The notes beneath the pieces are model-generated. The model was not told the origin of the DNA. It made no database searches and saw only the letters and a list, made by a program, of their open reading frames with translations. A stretch of 64,000 nt of DNA from a virus, in IMG/VR virus record IMGVR_UViG_3300023179_000080, positions 1 through 64,000 of that record, one strand, 5' to 3'. The translations under genes and the position numbers were made by a program. Shown piece by piece: positions 54,465 through 64,000 of this stretch. Every line of letters starts with the position of its first letter. Positions within the stretch are counted from its first letter, which is position 1.

Positions 54465-55034
54465 TCAGACAGGGTCTTCGCTTTGATGATTCACTTGGCG
54501 TGCGATGATTTTAACGTCTGGGAAAATGCGCTGGAGTGCTGCGACGGCAGCAACATTCTTAGCAGAATCGTCAAAGAACTCGATGAGGCTTAGGTCACCC
54601 GCCGCGGCGCGGAGGGCGACGTAATCTGCCTTGCGTTGTGGGTTTGAATCCGCGAGTGCGATTACCTCGATGCGTGGTAGCCCAATCTCATCCATGAACT
54701 GGTGGACGGGATCCTCGACTGCTCGAGCCGTGAGGATCACGACTTCACTGCCCTTCGCCACGATGCTCTTGAGGATCTTTACGGTCCACTTGATCTCTTG
54801 AGGGTCGGCGAGTCGTGAGAAATCGCTGAAGTCGAACTTATCACCCGGTTTCTCTTCGTAGACCGCAAACTCGCCCGGTGTGAGGGAGAAAGCTTGCCCA
54901 CTCGAGTCTGTCACATAGATCATCGATCGGGTCTTGACTAGTGTATCATCAAAGTCGAATATCCGAAGTTTACGACCGGGATATCCCTCGACTATCACAC
55001 TCCTGATGTATTCTTTCAGTAACCGACGGTCCAT
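54465..55034 (-). CDS. HAD-superfamily phosphatase
   Basis: IFDFDDTL, ILTAR, K, FFDDSAKN; ATACTTA before ATG; N-terminal LLKEYIR. Confidence 0.85.
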   Translation of the reverse strand: MDRRLLKEYIRSVIVEGYPGRKLRIFDFDDTLVKTRSMIYVTDSSGQAFSLTPGEFAVYEEKPGDKFDFSDFSRLADPQEIKWTVKILKSIVAKGSEVVILTARAVEDPVHQFMDEIGLPRIEVIALADSNPQRKADYVALRAAAGDLSLIEFFDDSAKNVAAVAALQRIFPDVKIIARQVNHQSEDPV

Positions 55035-55050
55035 GGTCTCTAAGTATGCG

Positions 55051-57387
55051 TTAGCGCTGGACCGCACGGCCGTCAAAGTACGGTAGAGATGACGTCACTT
55101 CGGTGCTGAGGTTTTGTGAATTTGTGCTATACGGATCTACCTTGACAGAGAATATCTTACCGATCCCCCTGCTGTCAGCTGTATATGACTGTTTCACGAA
55201 ATTCACTTCGACCGCTGGGTCTCCGACTACGGGGGTCTTTTTTGGTGAAACGGGCAATTTCTTCAGCATCGCGATGTTTGCCTTGAGACCCTTTTTCTCG
55301 TTGTGGGAAGTTGCATCGCCGTCCAGAGGGTCTGTCTTCACGCTGACGAATTTAGTGTATTGGCGCTGTTCTAACATGTCCCTGAACTGCCCGAATCTGT
55401 CTCGCCTGAATATGGTCTTCGAGTGTATCGGCAGCGCGCTGACCATGCCGTATTTCCATCCGCGGATGACGGGCGAAATGCCGAACTGGAAGCTTGAGTA
55501 GCGTGAGACACTGTTTTCGTCCTCAACACTGGTCACGTATTTGTCGCTTTCCCTGGGGTCGACAGCCGTTCCCCTGAACTTTGGGTATGCGTTGTATCCT
55601 ATCCTCCCGGGTGCTGAGAAAGAATCTGGATTTTTGATACAATCCCACGTCAATATTGATACTTGGCTGATCCAGGCTGCAAATCCACCTTGCGGCGCAC
55701 CATAAGTTGGATTCGAAGCGCTGAGCATTAAGCTTAGCGTGTAGTTACCCGGGTAATAAACATTGGAGCTTGTTACGGGAGATGAAACAAGTCCCTTTCG
55801 CATAACGGGTCTAGCGCCCGAAGGATCCTGACTGGGAAATTCATAGAGGTAGTTAGCCTGTGTCCTATCGACGATCACATCAATATCGGACAGTTTGGCA
55901 TAATTGCTATTGGCGTTTGTTATTCGAACAGTCAGATTTACATCATCGTGCAATTCGTCCTTTGCCACTCCGCGTTCATACGCAAAAGTCCAAGGCAGAC
56001 TGCTCTCTATTCTTATTCTTGCAGGATATAAATAGGGTTCTGCTGAATTTCTTAAAACCAAGACCGCAGAACGTGCATCATCGTAATGATATCCGGCAAA
56101 AGCTCCCGGGAATGCTTCAAAAGTTACTATCGATCTCCCTTCTTCGTCGACATTGTATCCCGTGGGTGCTGCCGTCCCGCTCACAAAAGTGCCGGGCTGG
56201 CTTCCGTTGAGAGATAGGGAGTAATCAACCGTCAGGCCGCTTGATGAGAAAGTAAAAGTTCCCGACAAGGAGGGGTCGGCGCCACTGTCATGTGCATCAT
56301 AGACCGTTACGCCGGGTATGAATGAAGCTGAGTAAGAGCTAGATCCGAGTCCGGGTAGGGGCACGATCTTAGAGTAATCGAGTCCAACATTGTTGAGGTC
56401 CCCGAAACCATACAGGAATTTGGCCATGTCGACGTCGGGCATCGTACCCGTCAACAACATGATCCCTCCGTCACCTGCTTTTGTCGACAGATCGATATCA
56501 CTTGGTATAAGGTACGAATACCCAGTGCCAGGTTGATACGCTGATCCCGTTGCTATCCACCCTGATGAAAGGTTCTTTAGGAGATTTTTCCCGCTCTTGT
56601 TAGAGTCTGCGGGTGTTAATCTACCGGGTAGTAGAGGATACAAGTTTGCTCTTGTTCCATTTTTTTTGCTAGTTAGAGTTTTAAATGGATAATCTCCGGA
56701 TACTCGCACAGTTCCGTTCGTTGTATACTTTGAGTTAGACGTGTATCCAAGAGCATCATCAAGATTAAGAAATCTTACTGTGGGTTGATACTTGCTGTCA
56801 TAGGGATATGACCAAGTCCAAGTATTGTCAACGAGTGGATCTTCCCCCGACTGCCTTGGGGTCTGTGCACCATTGAATATGACGTATTTTGTCTTGTCGG
56901 GAGACACTGTACTTCCTGACGGACTCAAGAAGTACTTCTCATTGCTGTCGTCGTCTAGTCTCCAGAAACTTGCCTTGTCAGCAAGAAGTATGTTGTCGAA
57001 AGACGGCGGGCAGCTGTCATAATAACGCTCGTCATCATCATAGCACTGTGATATCCTGAAGCTCATTGAGACTCTATCGCGCCACGGTGTTAAACGGAAT
57101 GACAATGATGGATTGTTGATGACGTCTTCAGATCCGTATGTCGAATCAAGTGCGGGTTGATTATTAGAGAAAATTATGCTGAAAGCTTTTCCACGCGAGC
57201 CAGTGATGAAGTAAGGGATTAGTCCGGGTGCCTCGATCCTGCTGAGCATCGTTCCAGTAACGTAGTCATCTTGCATTGTGCCATAGAAGGACGCTGCGTA
57301 ACTGATGTCAAACTGATCCAACACGGGCTCATTCCCAACTGCGTCCTTTATCGCATCTGTGAAAATAAGATCTCTATAGTGAATCAC
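55051..57387 (-). CDS. putative virion structural protein
   Basis: 778 aa, Ser/Gly-rich, in a coupled late-type operon. Confidence 0.65.
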   Translation of the reverse strand: MIHYRDLIFTDAIKDAVGNEPVLDQFDISYAASFYGTMQDDYVTGTMLSRIEAPGLIPYFITGSRGKAFSIIFSNNQPALDSTYGSEDVINNPSLSFRLTPWRDRVSMSFRISQCYDDDERYYDSCPPSFDNILLADKASFWRLDDDSNEKYFLSPSGSTVSPDKTKYVIFNGAQTPRQSGEDPLVDNTWTWSYPYDSKYQPTVRFLNLDDALGYTSNSKYTTNGTVRVSGDYPFKTLTSKKNGTRANLYPLLPGRLTPADSNKSGKNLLKNLSSGWIATGSAYQPGTGYSYLIPSDIDLSTKAGDGGIMLLTGTMPDVDMAKFLYGFGDLNNVGLDYSKIVPLPGLGSSSYSASFIPGVTVYDAHDSGADPSLSGTFTFSSSGLTVDYSLSLNGSQPGTFVSGTAAPTGYNVDEEGRSIVTFEAFPGAFAGYHYDDARSAVLVLRNSAEPYLYPARIRIESSLPWTFAYERGVAKDELHDDVNLTVRITNANSNYAKLSDIDVIVDRTQANYLYEFPSQDPSGARPVMRKGLVSSPVTSSNVYYPGNYTLSLMLSASNPTYGAPQGGFAAWISQVSILTWDCIKNPDSFSAPGRIGYNAYPKFRGTAVDPRESDKYVTSVEDENSVSRYSSFQFGISPVIRGWKYGMVSALPIHSKTIFRRDRFGQFRDMLEQRQYTKFVSVKTDPLDGDATSHNEKKGLKANIAMLKKLPVSPKKTPVVGDPAVEVNFVKQSYTADSRGIGKIFSVKVDPYSTNSQNLSTEVTSSLPYFDGRAVQR

Positions 57388-59108
57388 GGAATGTACTCCT
57401 TGTTGGCTTGAACGTACGAGCCGTAGAACGTGATGTCAATTGACCCCGTGTTGAACTGCACGTCATGACCAGCGTTATTTGGGCTTTCATTGAAATATGA
57501 GTACTTACCCACAGTAGCTATTCCCACCCTTGCATTGGCTGTGCTGGTGATATCGGCATCAAATCCGCCTGATAAAGCGGGTCGAGTCTTTGCAGCTGCA
57601 AGCAACATTTTTTCGCCCGGATATACGAGGTATGGAGAATTCTTTTTGGCGCTGAAAACTGAGTACCCTTTGGTCAAGAATTGGATGTATCCCAGTGTGG
57701 GATTGTATCGTTCGTACCTGCCGGGTGTCGCCAAATTTTCAGCAGCAATAGTCTTACCCCTTGCAATGACATCAGAGATCAAAGCGGGATCTTGTATTGC
57801 ATATTTGTAGGGGTTAGGGGCACTTTGATAATCACCCTGTGGTACAACATACTCGCCTCCAAATATTGACCCTCCACTTGGAGCAAATCCCGTTTGTCCG
57901 CGACCGATTGTATCGATTGACACCAGAGTGTACCAGCTAGAATCTAGATACGGGCTAGTGAATATTGATCCTGATCCCGCAGCGTCAAGCGATGAATTTA
58001 CATTGGATGCTGTCACCCAAGTCACTCCGTTGATTACTCCGTACTCAAGACTAGCTACTAATCCATTAGAGACACTAGGGGTCGACTTGAACAGAATGCT
58101 TCCCGTATAGCTGTCGTTTTCATCGTGTTTGACGACTGCTGTTACGTTCCCTGACATCGATCCAACTATACCATTTACGCATAGAAACATATTTCCTCTC
58201 TGCGGCACGGAGAACCACTCGTAGGTCGGTTGTAGATCTTTTTCATGGGTTACTAAATCAAAGCTGATCAAATCGCGTATTGACCCTGTGCCGTATTTTT
58301 TCTGTGAGAAGATCGCAAAAGTGATACCGGGTCCGCCAACGTTGCTAAAAAACGGAGCGTGGACCGAGCTTGATAGTAGTGTCGCTCCCAAATACGTGAA
58401 CCCCTCCTTAGAAGAAGTAACAAGACACGCAGTCGTTTTGTCGCAGAACCATCCGGGCCCAAGACACATGGGCACTTGGTATACAATCTTTTCAATTAGA
58501 AATGGATTTTCGATCGGTATCGTGAATAACTGATCTTCAGTTGCATCATAGTCAGGATTCCTGCTAACTGACTTGGGCAAATCCTTGAATTGCAAACTTG
58601 ACTTACTCTCATTGAAGGCACTCTGTATTTGACCGACATAGACGTTTATTTCTCCCGATGATTGTGACCAATAATTGGTTGCACTATTGTCCGTCTTTCG
58701 GTGTAGATCTAGGCTCCCCGACGCGACGGGATTACCAAATGGATCAAATCCCACCCAATCTTCAAGTATTGCAGATCCTCGAGTCGACTCTGGCCACGGA
58801 AGAGCCACAGTTCCTTCTGCGTCAGTTCGAATTGCGACCTTGTCGAATGGACCGACAATGTCACTTAGTGCTTTTTGTGGAATAGACCAGGTCCCGTTAT
58901 TGACATCTAGGTAGTAGATGCTGCTAGAATTCGAAAGCATTCGAGTCACGCTAGTAACAGGTATAGACAGTTTTATCTGCACCTTGTTTCTAAGCGCACT
59001 AGTGAATCCATTAAGTTCACCGACTGTACTGATTGAGCCGGTAGCATAAAACGGGTCGGTACTACCTTGCTCGAATTGCTTATCTTCAACGAACGGGTTG
59101 ATGCTCAT
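57384..59108 (-). CDS. putative virion structural protein
   Basis: 574 aa, coupled. Confidence 0.65.
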   Translation of the reverse strand: MSINPFVEDKQFEQGSTDPFYATGSISTVGELNGFTSALRNKVQIKLSIPVTSVTRMLSNSSSIYYLDVNNGTWSIPQKALSDIVGPFDKVAIRTDAEGTVALPWPESTRGSAILEDWVGFDPFGNPVASGSLDLHRKTDNSATNYWSQSSGEINVYVGQIQSAFNESKSSLQFKDLPKSVSRNPDYDATEDQLFTIPIENPFLIEKIVYQVPMCLGPGWFCDKTTACLVTSSKEGFTYLGATLLSSSVHAPFFSNVGGPGITFAIFSQKKYGTGSIRDLISFDLVTHEKDLQPTYEWFSVPQRGNMFLCVNGIVGSMSGNVTAVVKHDENDSYTGSILFKSTPSVSNGLVASLEYGVINGVTWVTASNVNSSLDAAGSGSIFTSPYLDSSWYTLVSIDTIGRGQTGFAPSGGSIFGGEYVVPQGDYQSAPNPYKYAIQDPALISDVIARGKTIAAENLATPGRYERYNPTLGYIQFLTKGYSVFSAKKNSPYLVYPGEKMLLAAAKTRPALSGGFDADITSTANARVGIATVGKYSYFNESPNNAGHDVQFNTGSIDITFYGSYVQANKEYIP

Positions 59109-60415
59109 AGGTTTGCCGTAATCTTACAATCTCTCTCGACATATTCATAGAGGCTGGGACTAATTGGTCTAACTACCTCAATTTCGCCTGCTATATAAGC
59201 TGCAGATCCCGTGATGTGTGTTACGGGTATCAAAGACGGATACTGGACAAGCTGAGGAACGTGCGGCTTTGACTCAAGATCGTCGAATTCAGTGAAAGTT
59301 GTTGAGCTAAATGCTGCTGCATCGCGGGCATTTAGGGTCTTTCGCGTAAAGAGTCTCTTACTTGATCGAATATTGCCAAAGGCAATTGAATCAGTGCCCA
59401 GTGTTGAATCATCATACGTGTATCCGCTTGTTGCCGCTTTTTGTCGATCCGTCACATACGTGTCTGATTTTTCATTACGCATGGCTTCCAAAGCTTTCTG
59501 CAATGGATCAATGCTCACACCAATGTAATACACTCGATAGGAGTTACGAACTCTATCTGCGTCTTCGAATGGGTCGAGATGGTTTTCTTCGAGTGACAAA
59601 TACCCGATTGAAGACTTGAGAGCAACTGACACACCTCCAGCAGAAAAATTTATCATCTCTACCGCGTCAAGAAAGTGCGTCTTTTCCTGCTTGCCGGGAT
59701 GAAAATAGTCTAACGAAAGTACTTGATCGCTGGCAGATCTAAAATTCGAATTTCCGGCGCTAAATTCTCCCTTAAATGATCTGGGTTCAAATGGGAAGTT
59801 GATCGACAGGTTGGTGATAACAGATCTGATCGGGAAAGGTTCAATTATACCATTGGTGATGTAATTCGCTGATTCGTTAGAATCATTCGTAACAACGGGA
59901 TATGTTACCTTTGTCGGGTCTCCGCCTGATCTAATGAACTTGACAGGATCGAACGTGTCAATTTCGAAGTACTTGTCAGGGTCAGTGAGGCTAGACTCTG
60001 TAGCGCCGAAGAACGTGTTATCAAACAAGTGACCAGGTGTTCCAGCAGATATCTTGTAAAATCCTGCTGTCCAGTGCTTTTCCTCCCTTATCTCTACGCC
60101 GTTTCTATAGATGTCGACGCTCGATGAAGCAAAGATATCGATTGAGGGATCTAAAATTGCACGTGAATTGCCACTTGGGTCGATCACATTTGTGATCGTG
60201 GGATAGCGCTTCGGGTTGCTCGGTGTAGCGGGCCTTGGTGCAGGAGTTCTAGAAAAAAATCCCACTGCAGAAGACCCAGTGGGTAATAGACTCTTGGCCT
60301 CAAAAGTGTCTAAGAACGTGTTCTTTTTCTTTATCGCTATCTGTTCAGGGGTGTTGAAAAAATTGCCTTCGAAGGTGATGGATATGTTTTGTGATATGTC
60401 ACTTTTGCCTGGCAT
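59105..60415 (-). CDS. putative virion structural protein
   Basis: ATG immediately after the upstream stop codon. Confidence 0.65.
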   Translation of the reverse strand: MPGKSDISQNISITFEGNFFNTPEQIAIKKKNTFLDTFEAKSLLPTGSSAVGFFSRTPAPRPATPSNPKRYPTITNVIDPSGNSRAILDPSIDIFASSSVDIYRNGVEIREEKHWTAGFYKISAGTPGHLFDNTFFGATESSLTDPDKYFEIDTFDPVKFIRSGGDPTKVTYPVVTNDSNESANYITNGIIEPFPIRSVITNLSINFPFEPRSFKGEFSAGNSNFRSASDQVLSLDYFHPGKQEKTHFLDAVEMINFSAGGVSVALKSSIGYLSLEENHLDPFEDADRVRNSYRVYYIGVSIDPLQKALEAMRNEKSDTYVTDRQKAATSGYTYDDSTLGTDSIAFGNIRSSKRLFTRKTLNARDAAAFSSTTFTEFDDLESKPHVPQLVQYPSLIPVTHITGSAAYIAGEIEVVRPISPSLYEYVERDCKITANL

Positions 60416-60416
60416 G

Positions 60417-63400
60417 TCAATATTTCCTGAATGATCCAACTATCTGTTGTAACAATAAGCTATCGTCAATCGTCTGCTTCATGCCCACATAGTTTCCGTC
60501 ATGGCGATAAATGTTCTTGTGCCTCTCAAGCATGTGTGACTCTACTACAAAGTTTGCTCCCTTGAACCGTGTCTTGCTTGGAATCAGCTGATCGATGAAG
60601 GTCGAGATAGTTCCATCGAACCACCGGTAAAACTCCATGAATTTCCTGAAATCCATCTTGTCAGAGAATCGGTTGAAATAAACATCTTGCAATATTTCAA
60701 GATCAGGATAGTCGGGTGAGAACATGAGTTCGGGACGCCCTAAAGCGTCATTCATGACATCGTACGAAGCGAACATGTTGACGATATCTTTGTCGAGCGA
60801 ATCAACAAGTGAAAATTCGATTGATAGTCGAAGGTCATCCTGAGGTTCTTCGCTAAGAAACATGAGCTCACTTGAGTATGAGGGAACTGGGACTGCCCAC
60901 GGATTCTCATCAAGGTTAGTCTTTTCGCTGAAGCTCCTGACTCTAATCTTGTCGTCCGTCGATACCTCGTCAAATTTAGTGGCAAGATGGCTATATGAGA
61001 ATATATCACCCACGACAACCTCGGTGCCCGAGGTGAATCCTGTACCACTGACTGCCATACGAGTCTGCGTGAAATCTAAAAACTCAATGTTTCCTAGAGA
61101 ATCTGCAATTCGTTGGGGTTGCTTGGTCAATGTGTCGAGTCTAAGCTTTTCAAAAGAACCCGAGACATTCTTGACGAAGTTGTAGTTTTTCTTGGGATCC
61201 GCAACTCCCCAAGAACTTGGGTTCCTGACGTGCTCTTTCCACTCCTGAATAGACATATCTTTCGACCAGAACTTGAGATGTGACACCCACCCTGCATAGT
61301 CTGTCACTCTTGCTATGTCATCTACATTGAGCGTGTCATTCAGGTGCTTGTATGCAATTGACACGGGGATGCTTTGTCCTCCACCTATTGCAATATAGCT
61401 TCCCGATGCATTGTATGAGGCCCCATAAGACTGAAAGACGTTTGTGGGAGTAGTTCCTGCAATCTCGTCAAAATACTGTTGTGTCGTGTACTCTTCAATG
61501 ATGCTTCCGTCGTCGGTCTTTGCAATTCGCAAATAATACGAAGATGAAACTTCGGATCCAAAAGAGTCATTGCGGGCTCTTCCGAGTGCGACATTCCATG
61601 TGTCACCATCAAATATCCCTGATCCGCTTAGAGGCACCGTCAGTGTTAGCAGAGGCGCGGAGGCGTCGATACCTGGTCTTAAAAAGGCCTGCACTTTTGC
61701 TGGGACCTGCGGGTATTTTGTTGCGGGAGTAGCAATCACATTCACAATCAAGGCCGGATCAAATCCCGCGGCGCTGCCTGTGTTGAATATCCTCAAAAGT
61801 GACTGTCTTCCGTGCTGATCAGCAATTGTGCTCAGCTTCTGCTGGGGTATCTTGTAGACGGCTTCTACGTTCCAAGACCCAGAAGTGAATAGTCCGTCAG
61901 AGGGTGACGTAGTCCCTACTCTAACGCTGGGAGCAACGCTGTACACAAACGTGCCGTTGGGATCGGGAAATCCAGGCTCAACCCTTGAAGATGACAGAGG
62001 TGTTGTAATGATTAATGCGTTGGGTTGCATGTCGATAAATGCAAAAGGTTCCCTGCGCGTTTCCCTTATTGTCGTGAGCTGTTTAGTAGTCGGCCCGCCA
62101 TATTCTCTGACACGCATGTTTACATCAGGATCAATTCCTATCGTCCTTAGGAAAGATTTGATGCTATGCTGTGTGCCCTTAGACTTCAATATATCTTTTA
62201 GATTCACCATTGTTCTTCTTAGCAAAAGAGACTGTATCTTCTTCAATGGTGACCCTATGTTATCAAATCCGTCGACGTAAGCTCCTTCAACGAATTGCTC
62301 TGTTGTAGTATGCGTAAAAAACTTAGGCAGATGCAATCCGTAGTCTTTTAGTATGTCTTCAAGAAAATTATCAGGGACTGTGTCATAGTTCTCGTAAGTC
62401 ACGGTCCTAAGATTCTTGTAAGAATCGATGTAAACTTTTATTTCATCAAAGAATTTTGCCCAAACATACAAGAATGTCAGAATAATCTGTACTGATCCCT
62501 TTACACCCTGGCCTGGTATTCCATCACCGCCGTAGGGTGCTCCACCGCTACCTTCAGGGCTTGAAAATCCATCTTGAGCTGCTCCTTCAAGTAGATAGTG
62601 TTGTGGTATTAGTTTGATGATGTTGTTGGGATTTGCTTTATCGTAATTTAAAGCAGACGTAAGCAATTGCAAGTTGAAGCTTTGTACGTCAGGATGTGAT
62701 GGGAATAAAACAACTTTGAAGTCTTCAGACTCATTAATCAGAATATTCTGGGGGTCAACTCCAGCATTCAGATGCAGTGCTTCGTTAAAATTGTTGATGT
62801 AGGCATGTAAAGAATTGCCTGAACTATCAAGGATTATTGCACTGGTCGTGGGTGAGGAAGAGAAAGTGCCTGATGGTTCGTTGAATCGATAGTAAAGCTT
62901 CAAGCTTGGCGTTGCGTATAATCCGCGCGTAGAATACAGCACTTGTGTTGCAATATCTCTTACGTCATGGAACAACCTAAGCTCATCGATTGATCCACTG
63001 TAGGTCTGAGCTGGGTTTATGAGTGTGGGGCCGTCATAAAATGAGCTTCCCGATCCGATCAAGAAGTCTGCGTTGTCGATGTCAAGTTTCTGGAAGTTGA
63101 TGAAGTTTTTGCTAGTTTGAGTTAGGCTTTCATTCACAAAAAACTGTAAACAATCTTCTCTAAAGTCTTTCTTGTTCAATGACATACACACATGGTTGTA
63201 CACACCTTTCGTAAGTGTACCCGATACAGAATTTCTGTATGCGCCGCTTGTAACAGTGAACACTCCTACGACTTTGTCATTTGAAATTGTGGGTTCAAGA
63301 TAGAATGTTAATCCCATTGAAGGGACAGTCGATTTTTGAAAAACCACTTGAGTGTCATTAGCATATTTTGCTGGTCGTACAAGAGCCTCTATAGTGAAAG

Positions 63401-63938
63401 AAGAACGAGGGTCTTGCGGATTGATTACGACTTCGCCTTGACTATTTTTTGCTATGCTGGGATACAATACACCGGATTTATCTTTTACACCAATCCACGT
63501 CCCGAGATGTGGGTTATAACCATTGCTGGGGTCTTCATTGACTTGTGTGCCGCTGAATTGCAGTGCTCCGCTCCAGCGCGGAAATCTATCATAAACGTAT
63601 CTTTCAAATCCTGTAAGTTTTTCTAAGAAATCTTCGACTTCTTTTTTAGATCCATCGAACGGGTACCCGTTGATTATGTTGTTGAATGCCTCATTTACTT
63701 TTACTTCTGCCGAAGAGAAAAAGCAATGATTTTCAAATTTGCTCCAATCTACATTTAGCTGCTGTGTGCTTTTAAGTGGTGCATCGACTGGATCATACTT
63801 AAACGAGCTAGTGCTATCGATGTTAGAATTGACCAACTCTGAGTCGTTGCCTTGCCTAGAAGAAAAGACGGGGCGACTATCGAATCTGACAGCTTTGTAA
63901 TAGCTTGGGACGTATATTGATCTTGGTCTTGTTGTCAT
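60417..63938 (-). CDS. large virion (baseplate/tail) protein with LamG/concanavalin-like domains
   Basis: FTIE..NHVC..YSGSIDELRLF..LKLYYRFNE; KSKGT..IKSFLRT baseplate-like motif. Confidence 0.7.
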   Translation of the reverse strand: MTTRPRSIYVPSYYKAVRFDSRPVFSSRQGNDSELVNSNIDSTSSFKYDPVDAPLKSTQQLNVDWSKFENHCFFSSAEVKVNEAFNNIINGYPFDGSKKEVEDFLEKLTGFERYVYDRFPRWSGALQFSGTQVNEDPSNGYNPHLGTWIGVKDKSGVLYPSIAKNSQGEVVINPQDPRSSFTIEALVRPAKYANDTQVVFQKSTVPSMGLTFYLEPTISNDKVVGVFTVTSGAYRNSVSGTLTKGVYNHVCMSLNKKDFREDCLQFFVNESLTQTSKNFINFQKLDIDNADFLIGSGSSFYDGPTLINPAQTYSGSIDELRLFHDVRDIATQVLYSTRGLYATPSLKLYYRFNEPSGTFSSSPTTSAIILDSSGNSLHAYINNFNEALHLNAGVDPQNILINESEDFKVVLFPSHPDVQSFNLQLLTSALNYDKANPNNIIKLIPQHYLLEGAAQDGFSSPEGSGGAPYGGDGIPGQGVKGSVQIILTFLYVWAKFFDEIKVYIDSYKNLRTVTYENYDTVPDNFLEDILKDYGLHLPKFFTHTTTEQFVEGAYVDGFDNIGSPLKKIQSLLLRRTMVNLKDILKSKGTQHSIKSFLRTIGIDPDVNMRVREYGGPTTKQLTTIRETRREPFAFIDMQPNALIITTPLSSSRVEPGFPDPNGTFVYSVAPSVRVGTTSPSDGLFTSGSWNVEAVYKIPQQKLSTIADQHGRQSLLRIFNTGSAAGFDPALIVNVIATPATKYPQVPAKVQAFLRPGIDASAPLLTLTVPLSGSGIFDGDTWNVALGRARNDSFGSEVSSSYYLRIAKTDDGSIIEEYTTQQYFDEIAGTTPTNVFQSYGASYNASGSYIAIGGGQSIPVSIAYKHLNDTLNVDDIARVTDYAGWVSHLKFWSKDMSIQEWKEHVRNPSSWGVADPKKNYNFVKNVSGSFEKLRLDTLTKQPQRIADSLGNIEFLDFTQTRMAVSGTGFTSGTEVVVGDIFSYSHLATKFDEVSTDDKIRVRSFSEKTNLDENPWAVPVPSYSSELMFLSEEPQDDLRLSIEFSLVDSLDKDIVNMFASYDVMNDALGRPELMFSPDYPDLEILQDVYFNRFSDKMDFRKFMEFYRWFDGTISTFIDQLIPSKTRFKGANFVVESHMLERHKNIYRHDGNYVGMKQTIDDSLLLQQIVGSFRKY

Positions 63939-63944
63939 GTTGAC

Positions 63945-64000
63945 TTAGACTACTCTGAAGTTGGGAGACGATGCGGGATATCTTGTTTTTATTCCATTCC
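63945..64000 (-). CDS. 3' end of an upstream gene (partial)
   Basis: Open frame ..NGIKTRYPASSPNFRVV* ending 6 nt before the next ATG. Confidence 0.45.
   Translation of the reverse strand, partial: NGIKTRYPASSPNFRVV

Noticed and set aside
1-64000. Stop-codon reassignment
   Set aside because: Recognisable genes are full length in the standard code and no suppressor anticodon was seen; the TAA anticodon reads Leu UUA

Overview
A 64-kb segment of a large (jumbo-type) tailed phage genome. The host is probably a myxobacterium, inferred from the GC-rich early genes, Cys-rich and Asp-Ala-rich lipoproteins, an FGE-domain protein and an Flp pilin. The left ~48 kb is mostly small accessory genes; the right ~15 kb is a minus-strand, more AT-rich block of virion-like genes. 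More than 30 genes carry their own copy of one promoter-like motif, NGTG(C/T)AAAGT-N~13-GGTA(T/C/G)(A/G)(G/C)T. In about 25 cases the start codon lies exactly 37 nt after the first base of the motif, which implies leaderless single-gene cassettes. A second motif, ATA(C/G/T)TTA, sits just before the start codon of late-type genes. Recognisable genes are a RadA/Sms-like ATPase, a MoxR-like AAA ATPase, a vWA/metallopeptidase, RtcB, TnpB, GIY-YIG and HNH nucleases, a metallophosphoesterase, a BCS1-like AAA ATPase, an EamA transporter, a probable ADP-ribosyltransferase, a lysozyme, a deaminase, an RpoD-like sigma factor, ATP-dependent DNA ligase, NADAR, a degenerate PTH2, a HAD phosphatase and 11 tRNA or tRNA-like genes. 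The top leads are: (1) a sigma70 lacking region 4.2, with a separate HTH gene downstream, alongside a non-canonical -35 promoter class; (2) a tRNA-Arg(UCU) with no D-arm and a D-loop-like sequence in its variable arm; (3) a TnpB-only IS605-type element plus its 48-bp left-end/right-end fusion elsewhere in the window; (4) an Flp pilin missing from the ORF track. All calls are by eye; no database searches were run.
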